Shown one piece after another: positions 8,045-16,399 of a DNA stretch of 40,610 bases. The notes beneath the pieces were generated by a model. That model was not told where the DNA came from and did no database searches. It saw only the letters and a list, made by a program, of their open reading frames with translations. Both the position numbers and the translations under genes were made by a program. This DNA is from a virus. Location of the stretch: positions 1 through 40,610 of the IMG/VR virus record IMGVR_UViG_3300048578_000013; one strand, 5' to 3'. Within the stretch, counting starts at the first letter, position 1, and each line of letters starts with the position of its first letter.

Positions 8045-9879
8045 TGGCCCTTCCGTTCTACCTGCAAGAGCCGGGACCGGATAACTATAGCCGGGATGAT
8101 GTCCCGTACCTGTTCGTAGACTTTGAGACGACTAACCTCGACAAGGGAGACCCCCGGAACCCGTCTAACGGGGTTGTCATGTGCGTGGTACGGGATGCCG
8201 TAAATGGGGTACACAAGGTAGACCAGCAGAAGTACCCATGGCCCAAGAAGTGTGTGCTGGTAGCCCACAACGCCAAGTTTGAGCTAGGATGGTTCCGTAG
8301 ACTGGGGGTAGACACTAAAAACTGGCTGGTATGGGATACCATGATCGCAGAGTATGTACTGGCTGGTAATCGCAAATGGGATTTGTCTCTAGACGGGACG
8401 TGCCGAAGACGGGGGATTCCCGGCAAGGCCGCCTTGGTGGACTCCATGATGTCTAGTGGGGTGTGCCCGTCCGAGATACCGGAACGGTTGCTGCTGGCCC
8501 GCTGCAAGCGGGACGTGGAGAGTTTGGCGACATTGCAACGGGAGCAGGAGCAGTTACTTAAAGCGGACGGGCTGATGCCCGTATTCTTTACCAGATGCAT
8601 TGTTACTCCCGTGTTGTCCGAGATTGAATCGCAGGGTATGGTGTTAGACGAGAAGAAAGTGGAGCAAGAATATGCCAAGCAAACGCAAGAAAAAGCCCGT
8701 ATCGAGCAGTCGCTCGCACAAATTTCCGGGGGGAGTAATCTTCGCTCAGGAAAACAACTTGGGGAATTGCTGTACGATAGACTTGGATTCCCCGAGCCGC
8801 GAGACAGGCGGGGAAACCCGGTCAGGACGCAAGCAGGTGCCCGTCCCACGGACTCGGACACAATCGCGGCCCTCACGGGCAAAACCCCGGAACAAAAAGA
8901 ATTCCTCAAGGCGTTCGGCGCGTACCGACATGCCGATAGTGCGCTGGCAAAGTCCCTTGAATTCTTCAAAGGAGTCTGCGAAGAAAAAAGAGGCGTCTTC
9001 TACGCCAACTTTAACCAGTGCGTTACAGCCACACATAGACTGTCTAGTTCGGGACAGCGGATATTGGTACGTGGGAGAACTCGCGGAGCCCAGTTCCAGA
9101 ACCTACCTAGAGAGTACAAGTCTCTTTTCTGGTCTGGGGACGAGGATTACGTTATGGTGGAAGCGGACGGTATGGGGCTGGAGTTTCGCGTGGCGGGTGA
9201 ACTGGGGAACGATCCGCAGGTATTGGCGGACATCGTTTCTGGGGAAGACGTACACCGATACACGGCTAGCATTATCTTTGGTGTGGTGCCTGATGATGTC
9301 ACGGGGAAGCAAAGAACAGCAGCCAAAGCCCATACATTCAAGCCCTTGTTTTCAGAAGGAAATTCAGGCACTCCCCGCGAACGGAAATACTACAAAGCGT
9401 TCAAGGAAAAGTACAAAGCCCTGACGGATGAGCAGGAGACATGGGTTGCCGGAGCAATGCGGCATGGGAGTATCCGTCTACCCTCCGGGCTAATAACGTA
9501 CCACACATTGAAGATGCTCCCCTCTGGATACGTGATGGGAGCTAATCAGGTACGGAATATCCCTATCCAGTCTTTTGCTACGGCCGATATCATCCCGGTA
9601 TCCCTCGTCTACACTTTCTGGGAAATGAAGGAGCAGGGGATAGACGGGGCATTGGTAAATACGGTCCACGATAGCATCGTGGGATATGTCAGGAAAACGG
9701 ATGTTGACAAGTTCCATAAGATAGTAGTAGACTGTTTCCTTGATCGTACTTACGAGTACGTTGATAAGGTTTATGGTAGAGCAATGACTGTGCCCCTAGG
9801 TGTCGGCTTCAAGGCCGGTAAGTATTGGGGGGAGGGTGAAGAAATCAAGACTTCTAGGAGGTACGTGAAACATGGCTAA
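8044..9879 (+). CDS. Family-A DNA polymerase with 3'-5' exonuclease domain (T7-like)
   Basis: Exo I FVDFETTN, Exo II VAHNAKFELGW, motif A EADGMGLEFRV, motif B RTAAKAHTFKPLF, motif C VHDSIV. Confidence 0.9.
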   Translation: MALPFYLQEPGPDNYSRDDVPYLFVDFETTNLDKGDPRNPSNGVVMCVVRDAVNGVHKVDQQKYPWPKKCVLVAHNAKFELGWFRRLGVDTKNWLVWDTMIAEYVLAGNRKWDLSLDGTCRRRGIPGKAALVDSMMSSGVCPSEIPERLLLARCKRDVESLATLQREQEQLLKADGLMPVFFTRCIVTPVLSEIESQGMVLDEKKVEQEYAKQTQEKARIEQSLAQISGGSNLRSGKQLGELLYDRLGFPEPRDRRGNPVRTQAGARPTDSDTIAALTGKTPEQKEFLKAFGAYRHADSALAKSLEFFKGVCEEKRGVFYANFNQCVTATHRLSSSGQRILVRGRTRGAQFQNLPREYKSLFWSGDEDYVMVEADGMGLEFRVAGELGNDPQVLADIVSGEDVHRYTASIIFGVVPDDVTGKQRTAAKAHTFKPLFSEGNSGTPRERKYYKAFKEKYKALTDEQETWVAGAMRHGSIRLPSGLITYHTLKMLPSGYVMGANQVRNIPIQSFATADIIPVSLVYTFWEMKEQGIDGALVNTVHDSIVGYVRKTDVDKFHKIVVDCFLDRTYEYVDKVYGRAMTVPLGVGFKAGKYWGEGEEIKTSRRYVKHG

Positions 9880-10408
9880 GGTTACTGGCAAGGTATACAA
9901 GGTTTACTGCAAGGCGTTCAACGGCAAGAATAGCTACTCCGTCAAGCTGGACGGAAACGACGTGTACTACCGGAATAACAACAAGAACCCCGGAGACATC
10001 GAGGGCAAGACCGTGGAATTCGAGGCCGGGGATGTGAACGATGCAGGCAATGCTGCTTACATCAATGGCAAAATCACTATCGTTGATACGTCTGGCCCGT
10101 CCAAACCAGCCGGTTCCAGCGGTGGGGGTAGCTGGGGAAGCAAGAACGAGCCCGCTATCCATTACCAGAATGCAGCGGGGCGGGCAATCCCGATGGTGGA
10201 CCTGCTGATTCGGAACGGGGCTATCAAGCTGCCCGCCAAGACAGCAGCTATTGCAGAGGTCATCGAGGCGGCTGTGGACCACTACACGGCCCAGTTCTTC
10301 GAGGATATCACCACGTTCGGGGCTGTGGGCCGGGCTAACGGTGAGGGAACGGCAGAAGCCTCAGAGAAGCCGGGCAAGCCTGCTGTAGACGAGGACGAGG
10401 ACGACTGA
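9872..10408 (+). CDS. Probable ssDNA-binding protein (178 aa)
   Basis: Beta-rich N-terminal half, Gly/Ser linker and acidic C-terminal tail AVDEDEDD. Positioned after the polymerase. Confidence 0.55.
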   Translation: MAKVTGKVYKVYCKAFNGKNSYSVKLDGNDVYYRNNNKNPGDIEGKTVEFEAGDVNDAGNAAYINGKITIVDTSGPSKPAGSSGGGSWGSKNEPAIHYQNAAGRAIPMVDLLIRNGAIKLPAKTAAIAEVIEAAVDHYTAQFFEDITTFGAVGRANGEGTAEASEKPGKPAVDEDEDD

Positions 10409-10555
10409 TACCAAAGAGAGGCGTAATCTCCGGTAGCGCCGGAGAGGCGGGAACTGCCTGAGTGCCCTATGCCGGGAGTGTGTAGTTATGCCGGACATCA
10501 GCGCCGGATAAGGCAGAAATGGAGGCTGCCAACTCTCCTTTTTATAGGAGGACTA

Positions 10556-11326
10556 ATGTCTAGAATAGCCCTGATAGATGCCGATGTGTACGCTTACTCT
10601 TGCGGGTTCGCTACACAGAAGACGTTGCATGGGGTTTTCGGGGACGAGCCCTACGTGGACGCAGAGCCGGTAGAGCACGCATTAGCACTGGTCAAGGGCT
10701 CTCTGGCTAAGCTGGAGAGAATATTAAAAGAAATTGGTTACGGAGAATCTCATTATTATTTGACAGGTAAAGATAATTTCAGGATAGCCGTTGCACAGGT
10801 AGCTCCGTATAAAGGCAATCGTGTGCAGGAGAAGCCGGTTCACTACCAAGCTATCCGGGACTACATTAAAAAGAAGTATGGGGCTAGTGTGGAAGACGGA
10901 TGGGAGGCGGATGATGCGATTGCATCCGTTTCCCATTCCCTAGGGCATGATCCGGCTAGCTGCCTTATCGTGTCCCAAGACAAGGATTTGCTTACAGTAC
11001 CGGGTATTTTGTATAACCCACGAAAAGATAAAATCTATTCCACTTCCCCGGCCATGGCTTTAATCAGAGAATACCGGCAAATACTTACCGGGGATACGGC
11101 GGATAATATTCCGGGATGCTACAAGATAGGCCCAGTGAAAGCAAAGAAGATTATCCCCAAGGGGTTGACAGAGAAAGAAGGCCGGGTTAGGCTAATCAAA
11201 GCGTTCAAAGACTCTATAAAACTTCCCGGATGCCCCTACGCCCACAGGCTACCGGAAGATGTGTTGGAGGAAATGGGGCAACTGGTTCATCTTAAACGAT
11301 TTCGGGAGGATGTATGGAAAATGTGA
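10556..11326 (+). CDS. 5'-3' exonuclease / flap endonuclease (T7 gp6-like)
   Basis: SD AGGAGG 6 nt upstream of ATG 10556. Motifs ALIDADV, YKGNR, WEADD, SQDKDL, LTGDTADNIPG. Confidence 0.8.
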   Translation: MSRIALIDADVYAYSCGFATQKTLHGVFGDEPYVDAEPVEHALALVKGSLAKLERILKEIGYGESHYYLTGKDNFRIAVAQVAPYKGNRVQEKPVHYQAIRDYIKKKYGASVEDGWEADDAIASVSHSLGHDPASCLIVSQDKDLLTVPGILYNPRKDKIYSTSPAMALIREYRQILTGDTADNIPGCYKIGPVKAKKIIPKGLTEKEGRVRLIKAFKDSIKLPGCPYAHRLPEDVLEEMGQLVHLKRFREDVWKM

Positions 11327-11649
11327 TTAAGGTCATTAGTGGGATTAAGGGCATGTGCGACAAGGCGAAGGAATGCGGCTTGCAGGATGCCGACTTTATC
11401 TCTATTTTGTGCGCGATGGCCTGCGTGGCGGCTTTAGAGGAGATGGAGGAACTCTCTAAGGGAAATGCTCCCACCGCGTCTATCGGGGCCTTCTACGAGG
11501 CCATCAGTGCTTCCTGTGATAATGATGTCAAGGCCCTGTATATCAGACAGGCAGAGGCGTTCATTCGTGAGGGCATCCCGTTCCAGCCCGCCATATCCCT
11601 TACTATGGCTAAGGTTACGGTAGAGAGGCTCCTCGCGGAGGCTGCATAA
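11314..11649 (+). CDS. Hypothetical protein (111 aa)
   Basis: ORF overlaps the exonuclease gene end. No motif recognised. Confidence 0.5.
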   Translation: MENVIKVISGIKGMCDKAKECGLQDADFISILCAMACVAALEEMEELSKGNAPTASIGAFYEAISASCDNDVKALYIRQAEAFIREGIPFQPAISLTMAKVTVERLLAEAA

Positions 11650-11847
11650 ATGCTCCCAGAGAGAAGCCGTTACGATGTCCCCAGTAAAGAGGAGTGCCCT
11701 GAATGCGCAGGGACAGGGGTATCGTTAGAGACAGAAGGAAACGGTTACTACGACAACAAACAGAAACGATACGTAACCGTTACCCGTGGATCGGGGTGCC
11801 CCTTGTGTCTGGGAATTGGGAGAGTCTCGTGGCCCGCAGTAAGGTAG
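11650..11847 (+). CDS. DnaJ-type zinc-finger mini-protein (65 aa)
   Basis: Two CxxCxGxG motifs: CPECAGTG and CPLCLGIG. Confidence 0.5.
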   Translation: MLPERSRYDVPSKEECPECAGTGVSLETEGNGYYDNKQKRYVTVTRGSGCPLCLGIGRVSWPAVR

Positions 11848-12275
11848 TCCGACGCGGGGGGAAGGTGTACTCCCGTTCCGGTCTGGAACGGTCTATCATG
11901 GCCGGGCTAGACCGGGACGGGGTACCGTATGAGTATGAGAAGGCTACGTTCCGTATTGGTCTACACGTAACCGGGCACTCTTGCGAGCGGTGCGGCCACA
12001 AGGGCATCATACAGTATACCCGCTATACCCCGGACTTTAGACCGTACCCCGGAACCAAGGGATTCTACGTTGAGGCCAAGGGAAGGTTCACAGGCCGGGA
12101 TCGCCGCAAAGCGCTAGCCATGAAAACGGACTGGCCAGCAGAAGAAGTACGGTACGTATTCATGCGGGATAACAAACTGTCCAAGAGCAGTAAGACCAAG
12201 TACTCCGACTGGTGTAAGGACAACGGATTCAAGTATCATGTGGGGAACGAAATCCCTAAGGGGTGGTTACGGTGA
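11829..12275 (+). CDS. Endonuclease I / Holliday-junction resolvase (T7 gp3 homolog)
   Basis: SRSGLERSIMAGLDRDGVPYEYEK, YTPDF and FYVEAKG align with my recollection of T7 gp3 (FRSGLEDKV...KFEYEE, YTPDF, FVETKG). The GTG at 11829 with GGGAG SD is my choice, and the start is uncertain. Confidence 0.8.
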   Translation: MARSKVVRRGGKVYSRSGLERSIMAGLDRDGVPYEYEKATFRIGLHVTGHSCERCGHKGIIQYTRYTPDFRPYPGTKGFYVEAKGRFTGRDRRKALAMKTDWPAEEVRYVFMRDNKLSKSSKTKYSDWCKDNGFKYHVGNEIPKGWLR

Positions 12276-12469
12276 GCAGGTTCTCCCACGAGTGCCCGAC
12301 ATGGGGCGGAATTACCATAGACGAACACGACAGCGCCTTTGCCGGTTGCTGGTGCTCGTTTGGTAAAGAAGACGCAGTGGCTACCAAGTTCAAGATAGCC
12401 CGGCTAAAGGATAGTCCGTTCGATGGGTATAACCCGGATGCAGACATTGATTTGGGGGAGGGAACATGA
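12263..12469 (+). CDS. Hypothetical Cys-containing protein (68 aa)
   Basis: GTG start overlapping the upstream gene. ATGA coupling downstream. Confidence 0.4.
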   Translation: MVTVSRFSHECPTWGGITIDEHDSAFAGCWCSFGKEDAVATKFKIARLKDSPFDGYNPDADIDLGEGT

Positions 12470-12990
12470 TCGTAGGACTTACCGGCAAAGCCGGTTCCGG
12501 TAAAGACACGATAGCTGACTACCTTGTACGGGATCACGGGTTCCTGAAGATGGGGCTAGCAGACCCTATCAAGGAAATTCTCAACGAGAGATTCGGGTGG
12601 GAGCCCTCCTATTGGGAAGACAGGGAATGGAAGGAAGCCCCACACGAGTGCAACGGGTACGATGGGAGGCGAGAATACTTCTCTCCTCGCTCGTGGGCAC
12701 AATGGCTAGGAACGGAAGTGGGCCGTAGGCTGGACCCGGATATCTGGGTCCGGGCTCTCTCCGTCCGGCTGGCCCAGTCGAGCGGAAACGTAGTAATCCC
12801 CGACATCCGTTTCGATAACGAAGCCGTACTGGCTGATCGGGTTATCTTGGTAGTGAGGGAAGCAGCACCCCCCGTATCCAAGCATTCCTCCGAGAACGGG
12901 GTATCGTCAAGATACGTAGATCATGTGGTGCACAATAACCAGAGCCGTGCCCGTCTCTATAGCATTATAGACGAGGTATTGGGCCTATGA
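12466..12990 (+). CDS. Deoxynucleoside monophosphate kinase-like P-loop kinase
   Basis: N-terminal MIVGLTGKAGSGKDT P-loop. Size and layout are typical of phage dNMP kinases. Confidence 0.65.
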   Translation: MIVGLTGKAGSGKDTIADYLVRDHGFLKMGLADPIKEILNERFGWEPSYWEDREWKEAPHECNGYDGRREYFSPRSWAQWLGTEVGRRLDPDIWVRALSVRLAQSSGNVVIPDIRFDNEAVLADRVILVVREAAPPVSKHSSENGVSSRYVDHVVHNNQSRARLYSIIDEVLGL

Positions 12991-13529
12991 TAATTGAAAC
13001 GCAAGCCGGGTACTTCGGCATTGATGATCCGTGCCCGCCCATAGACATCGTAGCGCACAGCCTCGGTAACTTGTGCCGTTTCACGGGCCATTCCAGCATG
13101 TTCTACTCCGTGGCAGACCATAGTGTGCTGGTATCCCGTCTGGCAGAGTGGCTAGGGGGAGACCCCATGGAGGGATTGCTGCATGACGCCCACGAATGCC
13201 TTATGGGGGATATGGCTAGCCCGTGGAAAGACTGCTTTCCCCGGTTCCGTGAGATAGAGAAGCACGTGGCGGCGGGACTTCTCCGGGGTTACGGAAAAGT
13301 GGCTGTCTTCGGGCAAGAGACCAAGAGAGCCGACATGATAGCCCTGTTCATGGAGACTGAGCATTTTCTGCCTAGCCGGGGATACACTTGGGCTGGCCGG
13401 GAGAAGTACGTAGATGACCTGTCCCACGCCAAGATGGCCGGAATCATTTTGCCAGACGATGTATTCCGTTACCCGCATGATGGAGCCGCCCGGTTCCTTG
13501 AAAGGTTCCAATGGCTAACCCGGCACTGA
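12987..13529 (+). CDS. HD-domain phosphohydrolase (5'-deoxynucleotidase-like)
   Basis: H...HD...D pattern: AHSLGNLCRFTGH, VADHS, LLHDAHECLMGD. Confidence 0.65.
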   Translation: MIIETQAGYFGIDDPCPPIDIVAHSLGNLCRFTGHSSMFYSVADHSVLVSRLAEWLGGDPMEGLLHDAHECLMGDMASPWKDCFPRFREIEKHVAAGLLRGYGKVAVFGQETKRADMIALFMETEHFLPSRGYTWAGREKYVDDLSHAKMAGIILPDDVFRYPHDGAARFLERFQWLTRH

Positions 13530-13693
13530 GCACAGAAGACCTAGAGAACATCCTAGAGGCCCTTAGAGGGGCTTACGAGGAATTAACTACCCTAGAGGCC
13601 GACAAGGAGTGGTACTGCACATCCGGCAATCTCATGGAGCAGCTGGAACAGGCAATCGAAACATTGGAAGGAATTATAGAATGCGGATTCTGA
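13511..13693 (+). CDS. Hypothetical acidic helical protein (60 aa)
   Basis: ORF overlaps both neighbouring genes. Confidence 0.4.
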   Translation: MANPALSTEDLENILEALRGAYEELTTLEADKEWYCTSGNLMEQLEQAIETLEGIIECGF

Positions 13694-14421
13694 TGTTGGA
13701 TATTGAAACTGCCCCCACTATCTCCGCCGTGTGGGGACTGTGGAACCAGAATATCGGTATTACCCAGATTCTTGAGCCGGGGTATACCTTATGCTGGTCT
13801 GCCAAGTGGTACGGGGAGAAGGGAGTAATGTTCGGCTCTATTCGAGGAGGTAAGGATAAAATGCTCCGCACTATCCACAGGCTCATGGAAGAGGCGGATG
13901 CTGTATGCCATTACAATGGGCTAAAGTTCGACTTGCCGACGATCAACAAGGAATTTGTACTGGCCGGAATGTCTCCTCCTAGCCCCGCCAAGCAAATAGA
14001 TTTGCTACGGGTAGTCAAAGGCCGGTTCCGGCTCGTGTCTAACAAGCTGGATTTCGTGGCTCAGGCCCTTGGGCTTGGCAAGAAGATCAAGACAAAAGGA
14101 ATGGAACTATGGTTCGGCTGCATGCATGGGGATCGAGCGGCATGGCGCTCCATGGAGCGTTACAACAAGCAGGACGTGGTGCTCTTGGAGAAGCTGTACA
14201 CCCGCCTCCGGCCGTGGATCAAGCATCATCCGATTCATACATTAACCGGCGACAGGCCGCTATGCCCCACATGTGGGAGCAAGGAAGTCAACGCTCGTGG
14301 GATTGCCCGCACCAAGGTAGCCGAGTATAGGCGCTTCCAGTGCAAGCCGTGCGGTAGTTGGTTCCGGGATAATGTGAATCTGGTGCCCCGGAATAGCAAG
14401 AAGTACGTGGGGGCCGCATGA
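13681..14421 (+). CDS. RNase H-fold 3'-5' exonuclease (DnaQ-like) with C-terminal zinc ribbon
   Basis: LMLDIETAP (Exo I), HYNGLKFDLP (Exo II), YNKQDV (Exo III), CPTCGS...CKPCGS. An alternative start exists at 13693. Confidence 0.65.
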   Translation: MRILMLDIETAPTISAVWGLWNQNIGITQILEPGYTLCWSAKWYGEKGVMFGSIRGGKDKMLRTIHRLMEEADAVCHYNGLKFDLPTINKEFVLAGMSPPSPAKQIDLLRVVKGRFRLVSNKLDFVAQALGLGKKIKTKGMELWFGCMHGDRAAWRSMERYNKQDVVLLEKLYTRLRPWIKHHPIHTLTGDRPLCPTCGSKEVNARGIARTKVAEYRRFQCKPCGSWFRDNVNLVPRNSKKYVGAA

Positions 14422-14759
14422 ACGAATACGAGAAGGTTCTGGTATGCGGAGGGAGGGACTATGGCGAAGCCGATAAAGTGGAGGAAGTTCTGTCTGCCTT
14501 AGACCCCTCTCTGATAATCGAGGGGGGAGCAAGAGGGGCAGACTCCCTAGCCCGCCTGTGGGCAACAAAGAACGGGGTACATGTCTGTACCGTAAATGCT
14601 CTATGGGATTTTTACGGTAAGCAGGCAGGCCACATCAGAAACTCTGTTATGCTGTCATTGAACCCAGATTTGGTCGTAGCCCTTCCGGGAGGCAGGGGGA
14701 CTGCTAACATGGTTGCGCAGGCCCGAGAGGCCGGTATAGAAGTATTGGAGGTGCAGTAA
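14418..14759 (+). CDS. DUF2493 / SLOG-family protein
   Basis: VLVCGGRDY...IIEGGARGADSLA...ALPGGRGTANM pattern, recalled as the YpsA-like SLOG/DUF2493 signature. Confidence 0.6.
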   Translation: MNEYEKVLVCGGRDYGEADKVEEVLSALDPSLIIEGGARGADSLARLWATKNGVHVCTVNALWDFYGKQAGHIRNSVMLSLNPDLVVALPGGRGTANMVAQAREAGIEVLEVQ

Positions 14760-15151
14760 TGTCTACCGAAGAGCCCCCAATCTGGGAGAAGATATTCCAA
14801 GAACGACTAAAGGCTTTCCGGGAAAGTGAGGCCCCCAAGACAACGGAATCCGCCCCGGAACTTGCTCCTGTAGCTGAAGTACCGGCTATCAAGTCGGTCC
14901 CTTCTAAGCTGGCAGCTAAGGCCATACATCCCCATACGCTCCGCCCGGAAATGATAATCCGGCAATTGCTGGGGGTAACGGATAAAATCGGGGAATTGGT
15001 GGTGGTAGCCAAGATTGAGGACCAAACGGTACTCATGGCCTCTAGCGAGACCTCCGGTACATTCCTGACTATTGCTGGGGCCATACTCGAACAAGCAGGA
15101 GTGAAGGCACTAACCGCCCCCAGCCCCGGTACAGGGGGGAAAAGAGCATGA
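14759..15151 (+). CDS. Hypothetical protein (130 aa)
   Basis: TAATG coupling upstream and ATGA coupling downstream. Confidence 0.5.
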   Translation: MSTEEPPIWEKIFQERLKAFRESEAPKTTESAPELAPVAEVPAIKSVPSKLAAKAIHPHTLRPEMIIRQLLGVTDKIGELVVVAKIEDQTVLMASSETSGTFLTIAGAILEQAGVKALTAPSPGTGGKRA

Positions 15152-15339
15152 CCTGCCCCAAGACGGTTGTCTATCAGTGGACTGTAGGGGATAGGGTTGT
15201 AGTAATCCCCTTAGAAGTAAACGGAAGCGTGGCTATGGTCCGATACGATGGGGTGGCTTGTGATTATTACGTTAGATATTGGTACGAGGGAAAGTTAGTA
15301 CAGGAATGGATACCGGAGATGTATTTGAGAACCTCGTAA
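15148..15339 (+). CDS. Hypothetical protein (63 aa); last rightward gene
   Basis: ORF with ATGA coupling to the upstream gene. Confidence 0.5.
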   Translation: MTCPKTVVYQWTVGDRVVVIPLEVNGSVAMVRYDGVACDYYVRYWYEGKLVQEWIPEMYLRTS

Positions 15340-15468
15340 AGAATTAGCCCCTTGGGCAAGGTGTAAGGCGACTAAGGGCACACGCCTGTAGTTAGCCCGC
15401 ATTTAAGCTATGGCCCGTAGTAAAGTCCTCTCTCCAGCTTGATCGACTGGGAGGGGCACTAAAATAAT

Positions 15469-15494
15469 AAAGCCCCTGTTTAGGGGCTTTTTTC
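15469..15494. terminator. Bidirectional intrinsic terminator at the convergence point
   Basis: Stem AAAGCCCCT / AGGGGCTTT with loop GTTT, an A-run before and a T-run after. The o-spanin stop codon lies in the loop. Confidence 0.7.
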
Positions 15495-15713
15495 GTTCTG
15501 GAGAGCCGCCGCCCGGCACTTGTAATACTGCCCGGCTACCTCTATCAGCTTTAGGGCCGTGGCCCCGAAAGTATCATTACTTAGCGGGGTCAGTTCCGGG
15601 CACGATGCTATCACCAGCGGGGAGGGGCCGGTTTTGGAGGGCAGCGTCAATGCTGCGCATCCCGTCAGGAGTATTGCGGCACTCACGATAGACAGGCTTT
15701 TCCACAATTTCAC
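15480..15713 (-). CDS. o-spanin (outer-membrane lipoprotein, Rz1-like)
   Basis: Signal peptide plus lipobox LLTGC. Starts inside the i-spanin gene and extends past its end (overlapped architecture). GTG start. Confidence 0.75.
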   Translation of the reverse strand: MKLWKSLSIVSAAILLTGCAALTLPSKTGPSPLVIASCPELTPLSNDTFGATALKLIEVAGQYYKCRAAALQNEKSP

Positions 15714-15933
15714 GTTCTAGTACCTGCTTTGTAGTTTTGTTGATAATCTCAATCTTGGCTATTTCTTTGGCGGCAGCAATTTGGGCTGCCTTCTCCGTAG
15801 CCGCGACACGGGCTTCTATCCGGGCCTGAGTAGCCGTCTCCATATCCCGGCCCGTCTTGAGCCCGAACAGAAAGCAACCTATCAGGGCCACTAGCACACC
15901 GATTGCAACATAAGGATTAATTAACTTAAGCAT
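15577..15933 (-). CDS. i-spanin (Rz-like)
   Basis: N-terminal TM helix VAIGVLVALIGCFLFGL, then an Ala/Glu/Lys-rich coiled-coil region. Located downstream of the endolysins. Confidence 0.75.
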   Translation of the reverse strand: MLKLINPYVAIGVLVALIGCFLFGLKTGRDMETATQARIEARVAATEKAAQIAAAKEIAKIEIINKTTKQVLEREIVEKPVYRECRNTPDGMRSIDAALQNRPLPAGDSIVPGTDPAK

Positions 15934-15976
15934 AATATAGTAATCTTATAGTAATCTTAAAACCTAGTTGTCTAGT

Positions 15977-16399
15977 CTAGCCCTTAGCCAATAATGATAT
16001 TCTTATTAACCGTCTAATCCATCCCCGCCCGAATACATTCCATTTCGCCATTCGCGAATAGAGAAGGGCTCGTTCCGTCTGGAAGTTAACCACAAAGTCG
16101 GGGCCGGGCTTTACAGAAGAAGCTAGGTTCAAGGAACGCCCTACGCCCATGTTAACGGCGCAATCGAACATGCACAGGGCTTGGCCCCAGTCCGTTATGC
16201 TATCTCCCCGCACCTTGTCCCAATAGTCCCTCTTGTACAGGGCCTTGGCCCGGTCTATGGTCAGGTTCGGTATATCCTCGTTCGGGTAAGCCCGTTTGGA
16301 AATACCATACTTGGTCTCCCCTCCGGGGTCTCGTGGGTCGTTGACATAGCCGCCTTCTTCCCCGACTACTATCTGGAAAGCCCGGTCAAAGAATCCCAT
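15977..16399 (-). CDS. GH108-family lysozyme (endolysin paralog 2, 140 aa)
   Basis: EEGGYVNDPRDPGGETKYGI signature and LCMFDCAVNMG. Start chosen at the TAATG overlap (16399) instead of track start 16429. Confidence 0.7.
   Translation of the reverse strand: MGFFDRAFQIVVGEEGGYVNDPRDPGGETKYGISKRAYPNEDIPNLTIDRAKALYKRDYWDKVRGDSITDWGQALCMFDCAVNMGVGRSLNLASSVKPGPDFVVNFQTERALLYSRMAKWNVFGRGWIRRLIRISLLAKG

Noticed and set aside
6892-9424. Long antisense or alternate-frame ORFs in the helicase and polymerase genes (6892-7590-, 8085-8969-, 8672-9424+)
   Set aside because: They overlap genes with clear catalytic motifs. They have no start signals and low-complexity Ser/Arg composition.
10427-10445. Hairpin TCTCCGG-TAGCG-CCGGAGA after the SSB-like gene as an intrinsic terminator
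   Set aside because: There is no U-tract after the stem. It may be an RNA processing or stability element, but I cannot support a terminator call.
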